A stretch of DNA of 20,000 bases from Ancylonema sp. (GCA_050230475.1 JBFLGF010000091.1:48946-68945), one strand, 5' to 3'; numbered from the stretch's first letter, positions 8,516 through 19,742 are shown. Notes: generated from the sequence alone by a model not told the origin. A program made the numbers and translations.

Positions 8516-11483
8516 ATGGATCTTGATTTCACATGGGAATCGAGAGCCAAGGAGAAAGAAAATTTTATGAACAACATCCTTCGTGATATGGAGCTCGTCA
8601 GCAACTTCGCTTTTGTTACCAACAAGTACAAGCTCTTTCGTTTACCCGCACTTCAAGACAGGTTCAACGAAGCATCTGAATCCCTGCAATTACCCGGTCA
8701 TCTGGAGGATGTCATCAACTCCAACTTGGAAGAGATGAAAGCTGCTCGAGTCCAAGAGTGGGAGACCACGCCTTCAATTCACGCCGTCATGCGTATTATC
8801 ATAGAGGAGAAAATATGGTTGACATCTGAATCCGACACACATTCGTCTCCCAAGGCATCCATGTGTGTGATTCCAGTGGGGAGACCCGACCAAAAACACA
8901 AGGAAACTGCTCCGATGAGCATTTCATATGGTGTAAATATGGTTCCCCCATCGCCATTTCCCTCACGGCCATCTCGTTTACCCCTCCAACCCAACACGGA
9001 GACCAAGGCGGCGTCTCAATCTTGTTCCGTGGTGATTCCTAGTCATCATCAACGGAGTCAGCCACTTACAAGGAACATGTAGTTCCAGTTCTTCCATCTC
9101 CACCGGAGAAATCATGTCTCAAAACCCCAACGGTGTATTCCGTTCTCCCCAAGGTGGAAGCTCCACCAGTGGTGCCTAGCAATGCTTGTGCTACGGCAAA
9201 TTGGACAATCATTACAATCCCAAACGCCGCCGAGAATCTGCGCATCGGCGACGTTCCAGCGCAAAACACCATTGTTGATTGGGGAGCCGGAAATTTTATC
9301 ATCGGAAAAAGTCTCACCGAAGCGCTTGGTATTACCCCACAAGACGTCGATCCAGGCATCACATATGCGGCGGCGTGTGGCGAACTTCACACCACGCTCG
9401 GAACGACCAGAAAGTAGTACCCGATCAGCATTGGCAAGGGTGCTCATCAAGCTGTGGTGCTTACACATCTCCATTTGTCACCGTCTGACGCCTTTTCGGT
9501 ACTACTTGGCAACGCCTTTCTCGTACCAATTGGAGCCGTCATCGACACATGGACGCAACGACTACATTACCATGTGGACTGGGAGAAAAGTGGCAAAGTT
9601 ACGGCATCAATCGCCATTGACCATATACTACCCCATCCTGCACCCGATCCTCGGGCGTCCCAGTGCATGGTAGATCCATCGCGGACTACGCTTCTGTCAA
9701 AAGCAACTCCATCCCTTACACTTTACAACCCGTCGACACCAAGGTCAACTACACCGTCGGCACAAAAGTCAGCCCTCCGATGTGAGAAAGGAGCGGTTCC
9801 CAAGTGCTACACATGCAAACAACTTGGCTATTACCAAAAAGATTGTCCACGACTCACACAATCCGGGACATCTATTTCAAAAGGGCCATCTGTGGCAAGT
9901 GTGTACCATCCTCCACACCATGCGAAGCGACGACTACCGGATCAAGGATCTCTCCTTAACCAACAGGTTGCATTTACAACTTACCCGATTCTCCAATCCC
10001 CGGCTTCAACGTTGAGGGGATCAACAATCACGCCCACTCGGTTGTTAGTGGACGATCCAACCTTGCTTACACTTCCAGTGAAGAAGGCCCAAGCATTACA
10101 AGAGGCGTTCAACCGACGAGACCTTGAGCTTATCCGTCCGAACCCCGAACCGTTACAACCGGCGAACCATCTCGTTCTTAAGTTGAAGAAATCGCAACCT
10201 CACCTTTCGGCGACGCGAGAATTGGTGGTACGTGACCATTCCTCGGTTCTACCCGCGCTCCCAAAACGAGGCTATGAGGCATCTCAGTTTACACCCGTCA
10301 AACTCAATTTTGATCCGAGAGCCACCAACACCATGAAGAGTGGTCCCTATCGCAAACAATTGAGTATCGAGGACGCGGATTTACAAGTTGGGAAAAATTT
10401 CATTCCAATCAAATTGTCGTCTTACTGTGCGGACTGGACACATCGCGGACATTGGTCGCAAGCGTCCCGGTCAAAGTGAGTGGCGAACCGCAGACTATCG
10501 CATCCATAAACATGGCCAACTTCAAATCCGGCTCACACGCCAAACTTACACCCCTACAAATTCAAGAGAGTTCGTACTCGCCTTCGGTGCCCATTATAAA
10601 CTCTGGGGGGGGCATGCGATTCTCTACTCTAACTTACAAGCCTTCGTTTTGGAACAACGGCTCCATCAACGATGCGTACACATCTTGGATGGCACGGTCC
10701 ATTGGTGGAAACTCAACCCATGTAGCGGTTGCCAAGCCCATCGAACCACCACGAACGATTTACAAATCCTTACTCGGCGGAGCACAAACCCCGAATTTGC
10801 CAACAAATTCAGCTCGTACATCACTAAACGAGGTTTCCTATCCACACGCGTACTCGCCGTCGAGCACTCTGGCAATCGCTTTTACAATCATGTGCAACTT
10901 TGTGCGTTGGAACCAAGTCCGCGGGCGACTTCCATTCAAGGAGAGTTTGGACCTCCCATCACTGCGAGGAACTCTTCCCGTCATCCAAACTACGCGTTTT
11001 ACCTTACTTGAGGAGCATTTTGACACAGAAGCCTCTCGTGTCTACAAAAATCCTCGCAACTCCGTTGTGGCCAAAGACACCGTTGGTGGGATTCGATCAT
11101 TCCAATCCTACCACATTCGGCAATTTTGTTTTGGACACAACCAGCCTTCGATTTATTCAAAGAGGTGTGTACCTTATCTCGGGCGGCAACTTCCCTACAC
11201 CAACGTGGATAACAATCAACCCCACGGTGTACAACACCCTCGTCAACCTCGACAGGTCATGCCCCCGATCGATGCTTACAAAGACTTTCGAGTCATCATG
11301 CTGAAGCGGCTCCAGTCCCTTCTTTACAAACATGGACCCTTATTGTTCCAATCCGCCAATCAAAAAGTGGCTCATCTCTTCCCAAGAAGAGGAAGATCGC
11401 AATCTCGGAATCATCATAAAGGACATGGTGAAACACCTTGCGGTAGCTTCCCACGACTTTCGGGAGTATCACTCGCCGGATAA
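8516..11483 (+). pseudogene. Decayed retrotransposon-derived polyprotein: unknown N-terminal region, retropepsin (aspartic protease), CCHC zinc knuckle, low-complexity tail
   Basis: Overlapping ORFs 8516-9082, 9043-10479 (in-frame TAG at 9415-9417) and 10452-11483. Protease signature IVDWGA (9271-9288; D[ST]GA with TGG possibly from TCG) and SVLLGNAFL..G..ID.W. Knuckle CYTCKQLGYYQKDC (9805-9846; CX2CX4[H>Y]X4C). No YxDD, RNase H, integrase or tyrosine-recombinase motif recognised. Confidence 0.7.
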
Positions 11484-11693
11484 AATTTTGCACTCTTGCA
11501 TTGCACTCAGCTTTGGTGGATTGCCTATGAACATCTTTTGCGCGTTGCCGCATCTGGGGGGGAGCATCATTCACCCTTCCTACACCCATCTTTTACCCTC
11601 CCGATCTTTGGAGTCCAAGCCCACAACTTTGTCACACGTGCGTGTCGGCATCAAATCAAGGAACAACCCCGATCCCGCATCCACGTGTTCATA

Positions 11694-12036
11694 TGCGACT
11701 GCGTTTTTGCCATCAACATCTGCCTCATCAACCCAGACGTGGACAAAGCATTACCAATTTGGGGGGGAGGTCATTTACATTTCCAATTCGTATCCGATTA
11801 CATCGATGCTCGTTCATAACCATCGATTCATGGCGGGAGCATCCACCGCATCTTCACCAAACATTCCAGTTCAACTGATTTTGGGGAAATTCAGCATGCT
11901 TCCACAACTCCAATTTTTACAAGTTATTTTCCTCTCGCCTACACGCCTTGGTGTGCGATTGCGAACCTCCTGCCTGCATCTGCCTCATCGACCCAGACGT
12001 GGACGCATGACTTACGAATCTGGGGGGGGGGAGTCA
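11694..12036 (+). repeat. Diverged tandem repeat, period ~260 bp
   Basis: catctgcctcatc(a/g)acccagacgtggac at 11717-11744 and 11977-12004 (27/28 identical). Each is preceded by tgcga.tgcg and followed by ttac.aat.tG(7-10)ag. Confidence 0.85.
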
Positions 12037-13202
12037 CGGCAGATGAACATTACATTTAAAACATCTACGATATTGACATTCATCACTTCATGTCGATCAT
12101 TTCCATTATGACGTACATACATGAACTGATTACGTCATCGATGCCCCTTTACACTATCGATCCCATCTGGCATGTCACCTGTCACGACGTCTGAGATCGT
12201 TAGCTATTTTACCCCTAATATCTACTAATTCTCTCCCTATGATAAATCACGTCCGCGCCGCGCCATATTAAGAGTTCCGCCTCGCTACAACTTCCGCCCC
12301 GCTCGTCGATTTCCCCGAGCTCCAAGTTGCTAGCCGGCGCCCCGCACCATATTTGATTAGTCATAAATCCGACGTGGCACTTTGTAACTAGTCAGAATCA
12401 ACTTGTGATGACTTGTAATAATTGTTAGCCGTCGATGAATATCCGACGATAGATATTGTAGATAAGACATTTGCGCGCGGGACATATTTCTTGAGATTGA
12501 ATTGTAGATCGACACGCGTCTAGCGTCGTCTATAGAAGTTTGAATATAACCTTTGTACTTCGAACTCTGAATTCAGCTTTCGCTGAATCACTTGCATCCT
12601 ATCTTGCATTCCACTTCGTCTATGTTGTAAATTGTATCTTGTGTGTGTGGCTTTGCTTTGCTTGCAATCTGTTGCATCTGCATCTTGCCACTTGCTAGTA
12701 TCATCGTTTGGCTGATCGAGCTATCGCTCTCAGTACTTTACCATCGGTGCCTGCTACGCAGCTTCGTGACTCACACATTTACAACGACGCAAGTCGGTGT
12801 GCAGTGCAGACTCACAGTCTTTTTGCTGCTGATTACAAGCAGTACAGATTTACACACAAATAGTTGCTCGCTGATCGAGAGCTATCGCTGTTCTTACTGT
12901 ACTATTGTATCGCATACTCTGCATTTAGAATCCCGTAGAGCTATCGCGTTGTCAGCTTGCCCGCAGTGAGAGAGTTGCCGAGGGCGACGTACCTGCCGTC
13001 GTTTAGGTGATTGTTTACAATCACTGCCGCGAATCAAGCGCGCCAAACTCCTTAGTCACGGCAGATGAACTTTACATTTAAAACATCTACGATATTGACA
13101 TTCATCATTTCATGTCGATCATCTCCATTATGACGTACATACATCAATTGGTTACGTCATCGATGCCCCTTTACACTATCGATCCCATCTGACACGTCAT
13201 CT
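12032..13202 (+). repeat. 149-bp direct repeat pair (12032-12180 and 13054-13202) flanking an 873-bp non-coding LTR-like spacer
   Basis: By-eye alignment: 9 substitutions in 149 nt with no gaps (agtcacggcagatgaac...gatcccatctg.ca.gtca.ct). Copy 1 directly follows a G10 tract (12022-12031). Confidence 0.92.
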
Positions 13203-14847
13203 TAATCTCAAACATAATATAACCTTGATTGGGAAAAAATGTTACGATATTTTTTAAAAATCGTCATTTTATTTACCCGACAACAAAATATCATTAAACT
13301 TGGCATATATTTTCCTTACATTTCACTATTTCCTCCCCTATCTTATCCACTCAATCCGCAAACTTCGCAGGGCCATAAAATTTCGCCATCATTCAGGAAG
13401 TGGTAAACACATAGACTAGAATCACTAGATCCTAAAACTGTTTCTGACTGGGCCCGGATCCAGGGGTACCAAAAAAAAGAAAAAATACATTTTTGGCCGT
13501 ATGGGCGTATGCCGGACGTCCGCATTTGGCAAACGCCGTTTGGGCCGATATTTGTCGTTTGCATCCTACTATGATTCAAAGCGCGCCTGGCCCTTTGACG
13601 AAAAGGAAGCTTTCGGAAATATTATTGTCCACACTTGTGGTCCTAAATGATGAAACGGGCGAGATGGTGCTTTGTAGGGAGATGATGATGCAGCGAGATA
13701 AATATTGTGTGGATACTTTTACAAAGGTTAGTAGTTTTCTTGCACGAAATTTTACTTAGTCACGCTACATTCCCCTCCGAGTTGTGATGTCAAAATGCCC
13801 TTATTTTATTCCGTATCCCCGCTCGTGGTATAGATAAGAAAATAACCATCAATGTGTAGAGAAAATGTGGCTATGGATTTCATTATTAAGTCAGTAGGCA
13901 ATTAGCGATGCTTCCAATAGTTTTCGCTTTGTTTGTCACTTCAATGCTTTGGTTATTTTCTACATTTTAGACACTACTTCGCAGAATTCTTGTTCCAAGG
14001 TTTCCAAAAGTACCATACGTTGAAAGACGTTTAAGGAAAATATAACGTTATTTTGTGGATGTGAATGTGGTCGTGTATGGGCTCTTACAAAGGTGGTCAG
14101 TCCGGTTTTGACTACCCATTTCCAAATTTTTAAACACATTCATCCATTGGAAAGGAAAGTTTTTAGGGGCACCATTGTGGTCAAAGGTACTTAAAGTTAT
14201 GTCTACCTAACAAATTTAACAATTTTGTGGTGACAATAAGTTAGAGTTTTGAGTTCATTAACCCCCACTAGGGTCTGAAAAAAGAACAGAAGTGTCAAAA
14301 AAAGTGTCATCCCTGGTTAGTCCTGCCGCTCGGCCGCGGATCCCGCCGTCCGGCATCTTTTTCTAGCCCCCCGCCGTTTTTCCAGCCTCCATTCTTCCCG
14401 ATCGGGTGGGATGCTGCCGCAGCTGTCATTTCGGGAAGGTTGGGAGTTGGGAATTTGGGAAGTCGCCGAGAAAAGACGACCACGGCGAGATCCGCGTTGA
14501 CGCCATTTCACCACGGTAACAATTCGGTTTACCGGTACAACAGACCTTCAGAAATATAAAAATGGCTGCTTGTGGCAAACTAGAAAGGGAATAGCCATGG
14601 GAGGCTGGCGCCTGCTTTCGTATTAGAGACGTGTTGCTTGGTTTCTCGTAGTGGGGGTCTCGACGTGTGGTCCATCGTCGTTAGATGTAGTGCCATGGCA
14701 TGATGTCTATGAGCTGTCGCCAAGTTCTATTGCCACCGCCTGAGAGAAGTGCTTGCCTTGTGGCCTCTCCTCTTTCCACATAATACATTCTTTGCCACAA
14801 AATTCCCTACTTTATTTAAAGTACCTCATCCTCAAAGTAGCACAAGA

Positions 14848-17800
14848 ATGCCGAGCGTTTTTGATCGTTTTACTTCCCCCTATAAATGGGGTCGCTTAGC
14901 CGACCAGAGCGATCAGCCACTGCAGAGTCCCCGTGTGGGAGGGTCGGTGGAGATGCAAAGCCCGCGAATGAACATCGCAAATACACTTCACACCACTCAT
15001 AGAACTGTCTTCTGTAACGACCCGCGCTCCGGGTACCAGTTTGGATACAAGGTTAGTGCGGTGGAGATGGAATCCATCAGTTAACAGGCCTGCCACCTTT
15101 CCTGCTGATAGGGACATGTGTAACTCGTAATATGTATGTTATATAGTAAACATACTAACACTAAAGAGCACTAACAAATCAGCCATCAGCCTCGATTTAA
15201 GGTGTCTCCCCGCCGTGTGTTTCACAGCATCAAGTAAGGGTACCTCCGAAGTTTCCAGGAATTCACCTGTAGCTTGGAGTGTATGTTTGACCATGAACTG
15301 ATTCTCTCCACTTGCTACTTGGACCCTATCTCCCCCGGCCGAGAACTTATTCTTGGTTGTTTGTGCAGAGCAACGCCGTGTCTACCACCAAGTTTTCTGT
15401 CCTCACTTTTCTCCCAAAAGGACTTTTTGAGCAGGTAACAATCTCACGGCCCCGAAAGTGCGGGTTCCTGTATATTACGTTTGGTGGTTGTTTGGTTGGT
15501 CGGTTGGTTGGTTGGTTGGTTAGTTGTTGGTTGGTTGGTGGTTGGGCTCGAGTCAAGGGTTAGGTCCAAGCTCAGGGTTTGGGACTCTGTGTCCACGTGG
15601 CACTCTCTGCAGTTCCGTCGCGTGGCCAATCTGTACTTTCTCTTCATCGCCATCCTGTCGTCGACTCCTGTCAGGTGACTACTGGACGAGAGTCCTACAT
15701 GGGATCTTGAATATTGGGCTGGAAGTATGGGATATGGGATTATTGAAAGACGGGGGATTTAGTCCAGGCTCCTGGAGTAGAAGACATGACGGATGCTAAC
15801 GTCATCGGGGTCAGGTCTAGGTGTCATGGGAACCTAGAGGCTAGGGGCTGGAGCCGAACTAGGGGCACAGGCGTTGGAACACACCATAGCAATTTCTGTC
15901 GAGTACTAGATCCCCGATATGAGGTCAGCTGGTGGCGGAGCAGCATGTGACAGGTGTCGACTGTGATGACCTCATTGCTTCTTTGGGGCAACATAGGGGC
16001 GCTCCAATCTGCGCTTGACCCTTGGGCCAGTAGGAAGAAGTCGGTTCTGGGGTTTGGGGTTTAACGGGGTGCGTTTTGATTGTGTCCCCTGTAGCCCTGT
16101 GGCCCCTATAACGAACGTGGCCCCACTGGTGCTGGTGCTGGCCGTGTCGCTTATCAAAGAAGCGTTCGAAGACAGGGTGAGAGAAAGGAGGGGGGGCGGG
16201 GGTGGGGGTTGGACGTGGGGGTTGGGGGTGGTTTGTGGGGGGTCGGGGTCGATGCACTTTTTTCTTTCGCAGTACTATGAGAGAGTGATAGAGATGTGAA
16301 GTATAGGAGGTAAATGGAGGAAAGAAGTGCCAGGTTTTGGGTTTAGGGTTTAAAGGTCGTGCGGATCCACCTGTACCTGTCGTCTTGGGTTCAGAAACGT
16401 TACAACAGCGACAAGATCATCAACTCGAGTCAGAGCGAAGTCCTTCGCGGCAACGAGTGGGTGGCGGCGGAGTGGAGCACCGTGAGAGTGGGGGATATAC
16501 TCAGGGTAAGGGAAACTACAAACGCACTCAGAAACCCCCCCAGAGGATGTAGGGTACAGGAGTAATTTCCAGGCTGTCAACATCACCCTCATCCTCATCA
16601 GCATCAGCGTCATCATCATCATCCTCATCCTCATCCCTCTCATCACCTTTATCGTCATCCTTATTACCATCCTCATCATCCTCCTCATCATCCTTATCCT
16701 CCTCCTCCTCCTCCTCATCATCATCCTCTTCATCCTCATCATCCTCCTCATCATCCTCATCCTCCTCCTCATCATCCGTATCATCATCATCCTCATCATC
16801 CTCCTCATCATCCTTATCCTCCTCCTTCTCCTCCTCATCATCATCCTCATCCTCATCATCATCCTCATCATCATCCTCAACCTCCTCCTCCTCCTCTATC
16901 AGACAGGGCAAGTGAAGTCAAAAGAGTGAGTCCCCTTTTTATGCCCAGGTGAAATGTGACCACACCTTCCCAGCGGACCTCTTATGTCTGGCCACGACCA
17001 ACGCAGACGGCATCTGTTATATCGAGGTCAGACCCTCCGCCCCCCCCCCATGCATGACTGGATAGACAGGGGGGAGAAGAGGACGTGCTGACAAGAGGGG
17101 GGGGGTTGTGGGTACAGACCTCGAATCTCGACGGAGAAACGAACCTGAAGATCCGGAAGGCGTTAGAGAGGACTTGGGACTACATAACCGCCGACGCGGT
17201 CTCCGAATTCCGAGGTTGGGGTTTGGGGGCGGGGGTTTGGGGTGGGGGACCAGGGGTCTGGGGGGGGGTGGAAACCCCAACTCTCGCCTCTCTCAACATT
17301 CGCCCACCAGAAAACAGTTTCCGCTGACGTCAGCACGGTTGACGTGGACCCCGCTAACGTCATCCCAATGGGGGTTCGGGGTTTGGGGTTTGGATTTGGG
17401 TTTTGTTGCTCAGGCATGGTCGAGTGCGAGCAGCCCAACAACAGCCTGTACACGTTCACCGGCAACCTGGTGATCGGGAAGCAGACCCTCCCCATCTCCC
17501 CCAACCAGCTCCTCCTCCGCGGTTGCAGCCTCCGCAACACAGAGTGGGTGGTGGGCGCCGTCATCTTCACGGGCCACGAGACCAAGGTGATGATGAACGC
17601 CATGGACGTGCCCAGCAAGAGGAGCACCATGGAGAGGACGCTGGACTCCGTCATTCTCACGCTGTTCGGGATACTGTTCTCGCTGTGTCTCATAGGGGCC
17701 GTGGGGAGGTGAGGGGGGGGGTGGGGGGGGTGGGGGTTGGGGTGGGGGTGAGGGGGGGGGGTGGGTGGGGGGCTGGGCTGACAGGTTGGGGGGGTGGTTT

Positions 17801-19607
17801 TTGGGTTGGGGTTGGGTCAGTGCTGCTTTTTTGAACTACAACGAGTGGTACCTTCAGCTGGAGAATGTGGGGGACGGGGTGTTGTTTAACCCAAACAACA
17901 GACTAGTGGTAAGGGGGGGGGGGGAGGGGAGGGGCGGCGGGGGGTGGGAACTTGTCGTAGGGAATAGGGGAAATGGAGTGGGGGATGGAATAGTTGTGTT
18001 CTGAACAAGCTCGAGAGTGTAATGATTGCATTGTACTGCACAGTATTCCAAGTTTTGGTACTGCACGTGTTGGTGCGCACGAATAAATATGAACTCAACC
18101 ACTCTGCAAACGGCATATATTTGACATCAGTGCAATCTTCAATAGTCATGCCAGGGAACAGAAGAAAACAAACGGGTGATTTTCTTGACAAAAAGTAAGA
18201 TTTCCTCCCTCTACTTTGTCCCTCGAAAAGGTTATCCCCCCCAAAGTATTCGCTCAGTTTCAAATCCGTGGTGGGTGGTGGGGTTCGGTGTTTGTTTGTG
18301 TCCAGGTCGGCATCCTCTCCATGCTCACCCTCCTCACCCTCTACTCCACCATCATCCCCATCTCTTTGTACGTTTCCATTGAGATGATCAAGTTCATCCA
18401 GTGCACCCAGTTCATCAACAAGGACCTGAACATGTTCCACAGAGAAACGCAGACAGCAGCGCTGGCGAGGACGTCCAACCTGAACGAGGAGCTGGGGCAG
18501 GTGAAAAAAACGGGAAACAGGGAGCAGTTGGGTACAACAGCACAGTTTTTTTCAGGCGAAAGAAACAGAGAACAGATAGGTCCAGCACCAGTTGTCAGGT
18601 GGAATAACAGAGAACAGTTAGGTCCAGCAGCAGTTCAGGTGGAAAAAAACAGATAACAGATAACAGACAGAAGTAGCAGCTTTAGCAGCTTTAGCAGCAG
18701 CAGCAGCAGCAGCAGCAGGAGGGGATGAGAAAAAAGGGAAGAAAAAAGAAAAGGGGGATGCAAACCGACCCTTACTACCCCTTTTTCCCCCCTCCCTGTG
18801 TCAGATTGAGTACATTTTCAGTGACAAGACGGGTACTTTGACCCGCAACCAGATGGATTTCTTCAAGTGTTCCATCGGCGGGGTGATGTACGGAACAGGA
18901 ATGACGGAGATACAGAGGGCGGTGGCGTTAAGGGACGGGAGGGGGGCGGGGCCGGTGAGGGAGGGGGGGGGCTGGGCGGTGGGAGGGGGGGGGGGGGTGC
19001 TGGGTAGGGGGGTCGGGGTCTGAGTGGGAGGAGGGGAGGGGGTGCAGATGGAGGGGGGGGTGCGTCGTGGGTACACTCCTCAGGGGGGGAACGCAGCAGA
19101 AATAGAGCCGCTGGTGTGTAGCCACAGCACCCTACAGAGTGGGAGTGGGGATAGGAGGGAAAGTTAGGGGAAAAAGAGGAGGAGAGGGGGGAGAAGGTGT
19201 GGGGTGGGGTGGGGGTATTTATTGTGTGTTGTTCTTTGGTGGGGTGGGGGTTACAGACCCAGGCTTCAGAGGACTTTTTCCACGACAAGGGGTTCAATTT
19301 CGACGACAAGCGGCTCATGAGGGGGGCGTGGAGGATGGAGCCAACCGCGGAAGTGTGCAAGGTGGGGGGGGGGGAAGGAAACGGATGGGGGGTTTGGGGA
19401 GGGGAAGAGGGAGAGAGAAAGAAAGGGGTGTCGATTGGGAGGGGGATCGGGGTTTGGTTTTCAGGAGTTTTTCCGTCTTCTTGCGATCTGTCACACGGTT
19501 CTTCCTGAGGGTGAGGAGACGCCGGAGGAGATTGAGTATTTGGCGGCGTCACCGGATGAGGCGGCCATGGTGCAGGCGGCAAAACACTTTGGGTTCTTCT
19601 TCTACCG
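14848..19607 (+). CDS. ALA3: Phospholipid-transporting P4-type ATPase (flippase), ALA3-like; 5' part, 13 exons, continues beyond the window
   Basis: Exons (GT-AG, phases consistent): 14848-15051, 15369-15434, 15613-15674, 16095-16176, 16395-16505, 16949-17026, 17118-17214, 17414-17708, 17821-17908, 18306-18500, 18805-18954, 19257-19361, 19465-19607. Motifs: [36 protein letters not shown] (P4-specific DGET), [40 protein letters not shown] (phospho-Asp codon 18823-18825), ASPDEAA. Peptides such as [17 protein letters not shown] and [15 protein letters not shown] match my recollection of plant ALA3. Confidence 0.95.
15481..15544. repeat. Imperfect (GGTT)n microsatellite in ALA3 intron 2
   Basis: ttggttggtcggttggttggttggttggtt... 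read directly. Confidence 0.85.
16577..16896. repeat. Compound (TCA/TCC)n trinucleotide repeat in ALA3 intron 5
   Basis: ~320 bp of tcatcatcctcatcc.... It produces the D/E-rich and M/R-rich antisense ORFs in the track. Confidence 0.92.
18516..18718. repeat. ~42-bp minisatellite (2 good copies plus 1 degenerate) followed by (AGC)n in ALA3 intron 10
   Basis: aacagagaacag.taggtccagca.cagtt..caggtggaa at 18564 and 18606, a weaker copy at 18516, and an agc run at 18693-18718. Confidence 0.8.
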
Positions 19608-19708
19608 GTAGGGGGGGAGGGGGGGGGTAGGGGGGGGATCTTGAAGGTTTTTTCTTTTTTTCCCTTTGTTATAACAGCCGTGTGTGTGTTTTAAGTGATT
19701 TTTAGTCA

Positions 19709-19711
19709 TCA

Positions 19712-19742
<31 letters not shown>

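Noticed and set aside
9043..9082. Programmed -1 ribosomal frameshift between ORF 8516-9082 and the protease frame
   Set aside because: No X XXY YYZ slippery heptamer seen in the overlap.
9415..9417. Programmed gag-pol stop read-through at the in-frame TAG
   Set aside because: The stop falls in the middle of the protease domain, not between gag and pro. A nonsense mutation is simpler.
12031..12041. gagtcacggca resembling the 3' end of animal tRNA-His (antisense PBS)
   Set aside because: Only 11 nt, no CCA/TGG, and the host is plant-like. Probably chance.
12032..13202. Retrozyme (hammerhead ribozyme-bearing repeat)
   Set aside because: The size is compatible, but I found no CUGANGA..GAAA core on either strand by eye (ctgatcga does not fit). 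An Infernal/RNAmotif scan would be decisive.
11694..13202. CRISPR-like repeat-spacer array
   Set aside because: Eukaryotic context, only 2-3 long diverged repeats with irregular spacing, and no cas genes.
13203..14320. AT-rich, possibly transposon-derived segment upstream of ALA3, including ORF 13493-13759
   Set aside because: No TIR pair, TSD or protein motif could be identified.
16338..16352. Telomere-like tttgggtttagggttt in ALA3 intron 4
   Set aside because: One TTTAGGG unit within a general G/T-rich intron background, not an interstitial telomere array.
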